Shown piece by piece: positions 51,101 through 64,000 of a stretch of DNA of 64,000 nucleotides. How positions within the stretch are numbered: the stretch's first letter is position 1; each line of letters opens with the position of its first letter. The notes beneath the pieces were generated by a model. It was not told the origin of the DNA. It was given only the letters and a program-made list of their open reading frames with translations, and did no database searches. Source of the DNA: Okamejei kenojei (Eukaryota); assembly GCA_035221665.1 (NCBI GenBank), contig CM069135.1:37634001-37698000 (forward strand). Direction: 5' to 3'. The translations under genes were made by a program, and so were the position numbers.

Positions 51101-53264
51101 ACCTAACTCATCGCCACTTGCATACTTAATTTCCTCTCTCCTCAACCGTATCATGAACCTTTCTGTTTTCTACTCCCTTTTGATCTTAACTTTTTGCCCC
51201 TGCCTCTTAGGCTGAGGAAACAGCATTTTCTGTTTTATGATATTGTTATTTTGTTCTTTTCATTGAAGTTGATTACTCCATATTTAACATGAGAGGATGG
51301 ATGATGCTCAGTTATCGATGATTCGAGTCTGAGATTTGAGCAATATTTGGGTTGTGGGTTCAAGTGTGAAAATGCGCATATGACACAGACTTGGCTATGA
51401 TTTATATTAGAGCAGGAATTGGGTCAAGAGCAGGTTAATGAATACAACATTTTTACCCTACTGTTATTTTTACCATGTGCCTAAATCCACATCACCCCCC
51501 CCCCCCCCCCCATTTTACTTCAGCTCCTACATTGTTCATTGCTTGACCTGTTCATTCCCTTTGCTGACATTGCATCACCCTCATTGTTTGTTTTCCCACC
51601 AAGGTTTGCTCTGTGCTAAAATCATGGATTAGGTCATAAGAGAGTGACAGATGTTGGAATCATGAGGAACAATGCTTGAGGAACACAGGGGGTCAGGCAG
51701 CATCTGTGGAGGGAAATTGACATGTGACCCTTTTGATTGGGACTCTTCTTCAGTCTGAAGAATCGCAATCTGAAATGCCATTTGTCCTTCTCCTTCCACA
51801 AATGCTGCCTGACCCCCTGTGTTCCTCCAGCAGTTTGTTTAAAAAAATATGAATGAGGTACTGAACTTCACTTTCAATCAATTCCCACAGGATATCCAAT
51901 TGTGGAAGTTTATGAATTTAAATATTTACTGCATTATTGATTGGTTGTTATAAAATATTATTTTAGATAATCTTTAAATTTCTGTTGTAATACCTTTAAG
52001 CAATGTTTAATCACAGTTGCTATTAAAGCTATCATATTGTATAATTGCAAAAATAGTAAGCCTAAAATGAATTTTTGCTTGACCTATTGGGTTTTTTCAG
52101 GCATGATTTTAACATCAGAATGGAATAGACTTTTTTTCAATCATTTAATTGAATGTCTTTTTTTTAAAAGAATATTCTCATATTTTGAGTCCGGCAATTG
52201 TGCCAGATGATAAATCGTGCAATGGCCGAACCTTCCTGATAAGTGATGGATGCCCTCAAGAATGGACTGACAGCGCTGCATAAGCCGAGAGATGATTTTT
52301 GAAATATCAGTAGGATCGTACAATAAACATTGCTCAACTTGTTAACTCAAATTAGTATCTTTGGGTCATTATAGATGACAGCACAGTCCTTTTGTGGCTC
52401 TGTTGTGATGGGTGAAAGGGCATCATGTTGTCATTCCTAATATAGATTAAGTGTGGTATGCATTTTGACTGGACAAAGTACTCCCAAATTTTCTCCTTAG
52501 AAAATTTGTTGCATTTCCTTATACTGGTGAATTTTTTGTTTGCATAGTGCCGGTAATCAAACAGCACTGAACTCAAAATGGTTTGCAGCCTACGCTCCCA
52601 GTATTTACAGTCAGATTGTTTGTAGAATATATTGGTCATTGATATTACTGGCATGACTGGGTGTGCTGGGGGAGGGGTAGGAAGAACTCTGAGTTAAAAC
52701 GTGGGTAACAAAATGACAAACAATAAAATTATGCTATTTGTAATTTCATAAGGGGAAATAAATAATGTTTTAAAGTAACAAAGGAAAGCCTGAAATAGTC
52801 CATCAATCTTTCGGTTGTCATTTCCCTGGATCCTGTCAGACTTTGGTGCATGAATGCAATTCATTGCATTTAAGATTACACAACTCCGTCTCGAGTTCTG
52901 GAATTGTATAGATGCCACTAATGGAACATAAATGAATATGGAAAGAATGCATAAAGAGCATATTACATTTGTTTCATCAGTGGTGCAATTATGGACCAAT
53001 TGAAATCCAAGAGAGGTTTTCTCAGTGAGCTGTTGTATGAAAGACCTACGGCAAAGTTTCTTCCTTACAATAACTAATTTTATAGCAAGCTTTTGTTTGA
53101 TGTCTTTGCAAATGTTTTGAGTGGCATTGCAAATATATTGTGTAATTAAAAATGTTTGCTCTTGTTAAAATTCCTTTGGGGGGGAAAATAGCGAGCAAAC
53201 TGTAATTTTTGATCTTTAGTATGAAAATCAGAAGAATGTGGAAATTGATCAGTGTGAAACTTCC

Positions 53265-53660
53265 CTTACTTCGCAACTGTCAAAGAAGCTTGGATACGGG
53301 TCCAACTTGCCCACCTACACTTGTCCCACCTGCCTGCATTTGGCCCATCTCCCTCTAAATCAGTTCTATCAATGTCCACATATTTTCAAAATTGTGATAT
53401 TACCTGGCTCAACTATCTCCTCCGGCAGCTTGTTCCATATACCTACCGTACCATACTGTAAAAAAAAAAAGTTGCCCTGCTGGTTCCTGTTAAATCTTTC
53501 CCCCTCACTGAAAATTTATCCTCCCTGGTTTGTGATTCCCCTACTCTGGGTAAAAGACACTGCATTATCCTATTCATTTCACTCATGATCTTGTACATCT
53601 CTATAAGATCACCCCTCACCCCCCTGCTCTCCAAGAAATAACCTCCTAGCACAGTTGGCT
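53265..53660 (-). mobile_element. CR1 3' fragment (older)
   Basis: RGDLIEMYKIM..PRVGES; similar to 23700-24100. Confidence 0.7.
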
Positions 53661-54124
53661 CAAAATTCAAAGTAAAATTGGGAAATATTTATGTGGGCTC
53701 TGCAAACCCAAGGATAAATGAGCAATGTGACTTGAAACCTATTTGTCTTGCTTTTTAGGGGAATTTGTGGGTGGAGCTTGGTCATATTATTGGTAAAGTG
53801 TTGCAAAAGTTTTGCCATTCATACTGATGCTATTCAGATGTGCATAGGAATATAAATTGGATGCCTTTCATATCTGCCTGGAAATGAGGTTTGCACCTAA
53901 AATGATCCTGCCAGTCCCAATGTTTCTGGTATTTTACAAAGATTGCTAAAAAATAAGAGACTGCTTTCAAAATTTCAGAGCACCAATGTTCTAGAGTTCT
54001 GTAAAAGTAGAACTATTCTGACAAAAGGTCCTTTTGTATTTTGTTGAGTTAAATTTGTGATAGAGAATATATTCTCAATTAATCAATCAAAATGCTACTA
54101 GGTAAAGCAATCAAATTCACTAGA

Positions 54125-54784
54125 ATCATAGAAACATAGAAATTAGGTGCAGGAGTAGGCCATTCAGCCCTTCGAGCCTGCACCGCCATTCAATATGATC
54201 ATGGCTGATCATCCAACTCAGTATCCCGTACCTGCCTTCTCTCCATACCCTCTGATCCCCTTAGCCACAAGGGCCACATCCAACTCACTCTTAAATATAG
54301 CCAATGAACTGGCCTCAACTACCCTCTGTGGCAGAGAGTTCCCAGAGACTCACCACTCTCTGTGTGAAAAAAGTCTTTCTCATCTCGGTCCTTAAAGGAT
54401 TTCCCCCTTATCCTTAACGCTGTGACCCCTTGTCCTGGATTCCCCAACATCGGGAACAATCTTCCTGCAATCTAGCCTGTCCAACCCCTTAAGAATTTTT
54501 GTAAGTTTCTATAAGATCCCCTCTCAATCTCCTAAATTCCAGAGAGTATAAAACCGAGTCTATCCAGTCTTTCTTCATAAGACAGTCCTGACATCCCAGG
54601 AATCAGTCTGGTGAACCTTCTCTGCACTCCCTCTATGGCAATAATGTCCTTCCTCAGATTTGGAGACCAAAACTGTAACGCAATACTCCATGTGTGGTCT
54701 CACCAAGACCCTGTACAACTGAAGTAGAAACCTCCCTGCTCCTGTACTCAAATCCTTTTGCTATGAAAGCTAACATACCATTCG
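54125..54784 (-). mobile_element. Young CR1 3' fragment in the intron
   Basis: Near-identical to 42340-42990 apart from scattered 1-bp indels; TSD CTAGA. Confidence 0.92.
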
Positions 54785-55978
54785 CTAGATCTATATCATA
54801 TTTGGGCGAGGGTGAGTGGAAGGTTGGTAATTAAAATCAGACTTCAGTCATGCTCTGTGGGAGAGTTTACCAACCTGAAATTCGTGGCTTGTCATTATTG
54901 CCTTATTATTCTGTTCACCGTTTACCAAGTGACAGCCAGAAACAAGACACTGATTAGTTTTGGTTTATTATGCAAAGTCTTCAGTGTGATGAGCAATTTT
55001 CTGGATTCTTTGTTTACTGTTTAATTGTTAACTGTTTTGGTTGAGGAAAAAAATGAGAAGGGCTGCCAAATGATCACATGAAATGGTAGCAGAGGTAAGA
55101 ATATTAATTATTGAATCCATGAATACTTTGTTGATTTTTAGATCAAATGTTTATTGGTTTATAAGGAGTGACCAAGATAGTGAAATTAGTCTAGGCATCT
55201 TAAAGGTTGAAGGTGTCTTTTATGGACATGTTTCCTGTCTCCCTACTGCAGTACCCTTACATTTTGAAATTGACCTTAATGACTACATTTTCCAGTTTAT
55301 CTTTATTCTGATTTTGGGTGCTACAGATTGATATACAATCTGCATACTATGGACCTTGTGTAACCGTAACAACAAGCTGGCTGATTGATTCTGAAAACTT
55401 GATCTTTCAATAGTTCTTACAACATTTTTACATTTCTGGGTTTGGAGGCATTGATGGTGCTGTTTTGCTGCTAATCCTTTTACGGGAGAATTTCTGAACT
55501 GGAAGACCCTATTCTTCTATTAATTACTTGAGGTTTATGGGGCATATGTAGGAATGCGAGTGTAACCTTTTTAAACCCACCCCACTTTATACTTCATGGC
55601 TATATTGCATTTTTGAAGCCGTTCGCATTATCTTTTAAACGAATAGTACAGCTCTGATGTTTGATTATTTGGAAATTCTGTTTTGGATCTGCCTTGCTTG
55701 TTAGTTAAGTGTAAGCAGGTGTGCCACTGAGGTCATTGTGCAACCACGGTTGGGATTTGGTCTGTGGGCCAGGTGTGCTATCAGAAACAGGAACAGTGGT
55801 GCGATGGTCCAGGGTGATTGTTTTGACTTGTTTGGTTAGCTGAAATGCACCAGGTTCTATTTCCCACTTCCTTAAAACTCAGTAGGTTCACTGAAAAAAA
55901 GAAGCTTGCATAATATGTTAAAAAAAAATTACAAGTAGGTTGGCAACGTTAATAATAATAATTACCATTAGGCCAGGA

Positions 55979-56481
55979 AATCTATATCATAATTCCCAAG
56001 GCAGATAGATTTTTAGTTTTACTGTTTTGCTACTGTTGTAATGGAAGAGGATGTTAAATGGTGTGCACATAGCAAACTTCCCATAAGCAACATTAAGCAT
56101 CATGGCAATGTTGTGATATTTGCTGGCTGCTGATGGAAAGAGAACTCCTGCTCATTATTTAATAAGATCATGAGAATTTTAATGCCCAGCTGAAGACATC
56201 TGAGACATTGATAGCAATGAACTAATTTAATAGCAGTTTATAAAACCTGTGCAATTGCATTTACTGAGTGTGAAAGGTAAATCAATTAAAAAAAATGTTT
56301 GCAAGGGTCGTGTTCGATGGCTGATAATACGGAAGTACAGTATATCCTGATTAATGTGTTACTGTGTTTCATTTGTCCTGTGGACTGCGATGCTTGTTAA
56401 TGATGACCATGTTCAAGGTTGTGTCATCTTTCAAGTCATGGGAAAGGGGTTCCTTTTTATTTACTCTACAAACAACCTAAA
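55979..56481 (+). repeat. Locally duplicated segment A (copy at 62383-62806 + 63630-63714)
   Basis: Direct alignment by eye, with scattered substitutions and small indels. Confidence 0.92.
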
Positions 56482-59400
56482 TTATTTTTTAAGGGAAGTT
56501 TAATGAATGCACCTCTACTTCAAAGAGAACAATCCCATCTTTGCTAAAGCTTGATGCCAAGAATTGGGCAAAATATTAATGCTGTCTCAGTGATTCTAAA
56601 AGCTAAGCTTATCTTTCTTGTTTTTGTGCTTTTGCCCTCTACTTATTTATCTATGGAACATGTTTTTTTGCATTAGACTTATCAACTTGTCTTCATTTTC
56701 AAAGATTTGTATAAGTGAAACCACATTGTTTTATAAGTCCCTGTTCTTTTCAATCATGTCATTTAGCATGTCTGCATTACATTTCATCAAACCGCTCAGC
56801 AATTCTGCCTAAACTGCTTGAACTACTAGTTTGATAAAAGTGTATAACATTGAGATGGCAATCAGAAACTCAGCCATCAATGGATGATTACAAGAACAGG
56901 GAAACATATTAAAAGTGATAGGCAAATGGTATCATGGGACTGAGAAAAAGCAAGCTATTTTTCTAGTGGGATATGGTTGTGATTAGGAGCTCTCTGTTAG
57001 AGTGGAGGAAAGGGAATTTGTTGGACTTTAAAAGACACATTGGATAGATATTTGAGAAAAAATCATTTGCTCGGCTCTGTGAAAAGGGCAGGGAATGGAC
57101 TGCTAAGGTTGACCTACAAAGTTTAGGCATAGACTTGATGGGCTGAAAGTATGATTCTTATGGTTGCTTCGTGATTTTTAAATGTACTTCATGTTTTTAG
57201 ATTATTGGATTATTTAGATTTTAGAGGCATACCATTGGCTGAGACAACTAATTTGATCTTGTTTTTGGGCAGCTCATTAGGATTGAGGTTGATTTGCTTT
57301 CTCTGTGGGTTCTGAGGTGACTATTCGTGCCAATGTGGGAACTACATACTCTTCCATGGATAGGGCAGGTGGTGCCTGAAGGGATGGACGGACATGTATT
57401 TGTGAGGCACTGCTGTTACTTATGCAAGTTACTTATACTCAGTTACTTATGCAAGTGACAGTATTGCACACTTTCATTCCATATCTCTTTGTGCTTTCTG
57501 TGAGTTCTTGCAATTACACATCTTATTTAATTTTCTTGTAAATTGAAGGTTGTTAATTTTTCACCCTCCAATTTACTATATCTGCCAGCTTCCAAGTATA
57601 AATTAAATGAGAGCAATCAAAGGTGGCAGCCTTGTCATATGCCTGCTAGCATTGCAAACTGTTCCATACAACCACTTGTATTGTTCCTCCACAAGACACC
57701 TCTAGGTGTCCTTTTTGTTTTCAGCCAAAGTATTTTGTTTTACCATTTGTCAAAAGCGTTTGAAGAATTTATGGAAATCTAGTCAAGTTGTTGGGTAGTT
57801 ACTACACAGTGTACACAAGATTCAAAAATTGGCAATTTACTGTTCTTCCAGATGTGAAAGCAGCTTGCTCTTCTGTCTTTTACAATATATATTTGAGGTT
57901 TAAGATTATTTAACAATATAATGGATAACTGATCAAGCTAAAGGTAATAGTGCATTGTAAATGTACCTACCTTAGAAATAGTTATTGTTATTATCTTGTT
58001 ATTTAGTGTCCTGCCTTGGCCAAGTTTTACTTTTCTCTCTATTGAAGATTTTGTGCAGTATGTCATCTGTTGTTTCTTTAATTGCAAATCTGTTATCCAG
58101 GCTGCTTCACCCCCCCCCCCCCCCCCCCCCCCCCCATCCAATCTTTGTTTTCATGCTTCTATTTATTACATGTAAACTTTTCTGAGTAGTTCCAGATCCT
58201 CTCTCTATCTTTAAGGTCTCTAGGTCTATCGAGGTTTTCCTTTGCATGCTCAATCCTTGTTTATGTCTTTCATTATATTTAGTAAGCAAAGCACCATTTT
58301 TATCCACAATTAGAGTTGAACTTGATTTCTCCTGGTAATTGTTTTGTGGTTGTCCAAATATTTTAGAGGTAATCTTTAGGATCCATTTCTCCTTCAGATT
58401 TCCTGTTTTCATTGAAACATTTTTCTTAAAATCCTGCTTTTATTGTTGAATCTATTACTTGCTAACATCTAACTCTTAGTTAGTTTTTGCTAACTGTTCA
58501 CCTTCAGTTTAATTTATTGATATCATTTTATGGTCATGGCTACTTCATGCACCAGCTGGTAAGTGCCAAGTCATTCATTGGCAAGTCTGAAAATATATTT
58601 TGCATTAGTACATTTGGATATGACTGGTTTGTAATATTAAGAAAAATTGTCCATCCTCTATTGTTAATTTACCCGTTGCACTTCAACAAACCCAAGGATG
58701 TTTCTCATGGAGGCATAGGATTGTACAGCATAAAAACAGGTCCTCTAGCTCACAATGTCTACTCTACATCAACTGTTATACCCATCCTTCCATGCCAGCT
58801 CATTCAAGCGCCTGTTCAGATGCGTCTTAAATTTTGCTATTGTGCTCCATCAAAGTGAACAGTCTGAGTCATATAATTTATGTAGTTGTATAATTTAGCA
58901 TCCTGTTCAGCGCAGACGTGGAGTGAAGGGTCTACTCCTGTGCTTTCATGTTCTATTTAAATGTTGATACTGGTCCTGCTTCCACCACTACCTCCTCTGG
59001 GAGCTCATTTCATATACCAAGTACTCTGTGTGGGGAGAGCAAAATCCCCCCCCCCCCCCCCCCCCCCGCGATCTCCTTTGAATCACCACATTCTCACCTT
59101 AAACTATTGTTTGGCACCCCTACCAAGGGAAATAGACTTCGCTACCGTACATATTTTTTACAAACCTTTATCATATCATCTCTTAGCACCCTTTGCTCCC
59201 AGTAAAAGTGATCCAGTCTACCCAAACTCTCCTTACATTGTTAATTTACCAATCCAGTTCTCTGACAACTGAAGCTCTCCAGTCCATTTGCCTTGATTCA
59301 ACTTAATTTGTTTGTCGTCGTCATCATAGGAGAACGGTGATTTGTATACACATTTTCAGCAATAAGTTCATATTTTCTACTGGCTTAAGAGTATTTCAAA

Positions 59401-60455
59401 TTCTATGCCTCAGTAGTGACTTCATGTTCAGCTTGAGCTCCCACTCACTAATAATAGCTCTAACTCCTTTATCAGAATCCAGCTGTACACAGTTTTAAGC
59501 TGTTTGGTCTTGAAAGCCAGGAAGTAAGCTTGGATGTTTGCCTGTTTTGAGTTACGTTTCCAGAGCAAATAATGGAAAATGCTGGTGAGAGAGGCCTCTT
59601 GTCCACATATGACAATTTTATACAGCAAATGAAGTTTGTATGTGCAATGAAACGTGTGGTACAAATAGAGCAGGCAGGGCAGGGGGGAGGAATGAATGAA
59701 AGACTCCCTTTATATATTACAAGATTTTCACATTTTTCAGCTCTCCCTCTTGTGCTAATCAAATATGTTGTGCCTTCCAATTTGTCACATCGCTTTTGCT
59801 GGTACAGGATGAGGGATCGATTTTTAAGCCTAACAATTCTTTTGAAATATGTAACTTCAATGCAGGGTGGGAAGGCAGAGAATTAGAAGATCAATGCAGT
59901 TGGACTGCATTCCTGTTATACGTTGTAGTCATTGGGGATAAATGGAAGTGGAAAGGTCTGAGCGTGTTTATCAAAATCAATTTTGAAGGTTAAATTTGAT
60001 TTGGTTCTCAATTAACCTGATAGAAAATGGTAGCAACAAGAGATATATTAGGTCCTCTAGGCCACTGTAAATTTAAAAGATAATTTTTGTAAGGCACTGC
60101 TTACAGCTTTTTTTCTAGATAAAGAGGGCTTGTACACAAAAACAGGGATGTAATGTTGAGGCTCAGGTGCTGGTGAGCAATTTTGGGCACCATATCTGAG
60201 GAAGGATGTGCTGGCTCTGGAGAGGGTCCAGAGGAGGTTTACAAAAATTATCCTAGGACCCATTATTTAAAGTCTTGAATGTTATTATGTTGCAGGCTTA
60301 GAATGGAGATTAACTTTTGAGAGCAGTCACATTCGTTGCAGTTTCTGTTGCTGGATAGGAACAAAATTGAGGTCATAGAGAAATGCCGTAATAGTCTATC
60401 TTGGACCAGTTTAAGTTCTCTTTTCATAAGTGGCTTGTGCATTTGTAATCCAAAG

Positions 60456-62185
<1,730 letters not shown>

Positions 62186-62806
62186 ATCCAAAGGATCCTG
62201 GACAAGTGACTGCGTTAAGTAACAGGGAGGAGACCTTTATGGAACATTTACCCTTTGAGTTGATTAGCCTGTTCCTTTGCTATTTCTGTCTCTGCAGGAG
62301 ATGTAGGATTGTTTTTGTTTTAGAAATGCATGTGCTTTTTGTCATTGAATGAGGGTTTCTCAGTTTTTGTCATTAATTAATCAATCTATGTCATAATTCT
62401 CAAAGGTGATAGATTTTTAGATTTACTGTTTTCCTACTGTTGTAATGGAAGAGGATGTTAAATGGTGTGCACATATCAAACTTCCCATAAGCAACTAAGC
62501 ATAATGGCAATGTTGTCTGTTTTAGTGATATTTGCTGGCTGCTGATGGAAAGGGAACTCCTGCTCATTATTTAATAAGAGAATTTTAATGCCCAGCTGAA
62601 GACATCTGAGACATTGATAGTAATGAACTAATTTAATAGCAGTTTATAAAACCTGTGCAATTGTATTTACTGAGTGAAAGGAAAATCAATAAAAATTATG
62701 TTTGCCTGTGGGTGTGTTCGATGGCTGACAATACGGAAGTACAGTATATCCTGATGAATGTGTTACTGTGTTTCATTTGGCCTGTGGACTGCAATGCTTG
62801 TTAATG

Positions 62807-63629
62807 TTTGGCAGATGCAGTATAATGTGGATAAATGTGAGGTTATCCACTTTGGTGGCAAAAACAGGAAAACAGACTATTATTTAAATGGTGGCCGATT
62901 AGGAAAAGGGGAGATGCAGCGAGACCTGGGTGTCATGGTACACCAGTCATTGAAAGTAGGCATGCAGGTGCAGCAGGCAGTGAAAAAAGCGAATGGTATG
63001 TTAGCTTTCATAGCAAAAGGATTTGAGTACAGGAGCAGGAGGTTCTACTTCAGTTGTACAGGGTCTTGGTGAGACCAACCTGGAGTATTGCGTGCAGTTT
63101 TGGTCTCCAAATCTGAGGAAGGACATTATTGCCATAGAGGGAGTGCAGAGAAGGTTCACCAGACTGATTCCTGGGATGTCAGGACTGTCTTATGAAGAAA
63201 GACTGGATAGACTCGGTTTATACTCTCTGGAATTTAGGAGATTAAGAGGGGATCTTATAGAAACTTACAAAATTCTTAAGGGGTTGGACAGGCTAGATGC
63301 AGGAAGATTGTTCCGATGTTGGGGAAGTCCAGGACAAGGGGTCACAGCTTAAGGATAAGGGGGAAATCCTTTAAGACCGAGATGAGAAAGACTTTTTTCA
63401 CACAGAGAGTGGTGAGTCTCTGGAACTCTCTGCCACAGAGGGTAGTTGAGGCCAGTTCATTGGCTATATTTAAGAGTGAGTTGGATGTGGCTAAGGGGAT
63501 CAGAGGGTATGGAGAGAAGGCAGGTACGGGATACTGAGTTGGATGATCAGCCATGATCATATTGAATGGCGGTGCAGGCTCGAAGGGCTGAATGGCCTAC
63601 TCCTGCACCTAGTTTCTATGTTTCTATGT
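62807..63629 (+). mobile_element. Young CR1 3' fragment inserted in the duplicate copy of segment A
   Basis: [16 protein letters not shown]..; (TTTCTATG)n tail; TSD TTAATG; empty site at ~56397-56402. Confidence 0.93.
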
Positions 63630-63711
63630 TTAATGATGACCATGTTCAAGGTTGTGTCATCTTTCAAGTCATGGGAAAGGGGTTCCTTTTTATTTACTCT
63701 ACAAACAACCT

Positions 63712-64000
63712 AAAACACACACACTGTTCCCCCACAACGCTCATTACACTCCAAGAGGCATAACTGAAGTTGGGTCGGGTTTACTGAAATGGCGGAATTT
63801 ACGCTCTGGTGCGTACTACATGTCAGTCCATTGGATTTCGCAGGGGTGGACCATCTTGCTCCGCTCTATGATCTTTGATCCAAAGGATCCTGGACAGGTG
63901 ACTGCTTTAAGTAACAGGGAGGAGACCTTTATGGAACATTTACCCTTTGAGTTGATTAGTCTGTTCCTTTGCTATTTCTGTCTCTGCAGGAGATGTAGGA
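63712..64000 (+). repeat. Duplicate of segment B (62027-62308), runs off the window
   Basis: Direct alignment by eye, including the transposon right TIR, TSD and flank. Confidence 0.92.

Noticed and set aside
52140-52660. Repeat-free intronic stretch as possible ASAP2 exon 2 or conserved element
   Set aside because: No ALDVDR..KMKKSVK-like coding found; conservation cannot be judged from this sequence alone.

Overview
Repeat-dense eukaryotic DNA. The HE1-type SINE and the CR1, Rex1 and Penelope-derived repeat set suggest a cartilaginous fish such as a skate or ray (inference). Main features: (1) A complete 8,565-bp class I (gamma-like) endogenous retrovirus at 538-9102. It has 652-bp LTRs differing at only 5 sites by manual comparison, a 4-bp TSD, a tRNA-Pro PBS, an amber gag-pol readthrough junction, HERV-I-like Gag and ERV3-like Env motifs, and broken ORFs. 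(2) The CpG-island promoter and first coding exon of an ASAP-family ArfGAP, most likely ASAP2 (47774-47899); the rest of the window appears to be its intron 1. (3) Many nested LINEs (CR1, Rex1, L1, RTE-X-like), SINEs and non-autonomous DNA transposons. Smaller oddities include a 36-bp perfect palindrome with an 8-bp TSD, a 129-bp retroposon with an HDV-ribozyme-like 5' end, hammerhead-core motifs in palindromic Penelope-derived repeats, p53-type sites in the LTR, an unexplained ~490-bp insert in gag, a Rex1/CR1 chimera, and a local duplication-deletion preserving empty and filled CR1 sites. Several indel patterns look like assembly artefacts. All family assignments come from motif recognition, not database searches.
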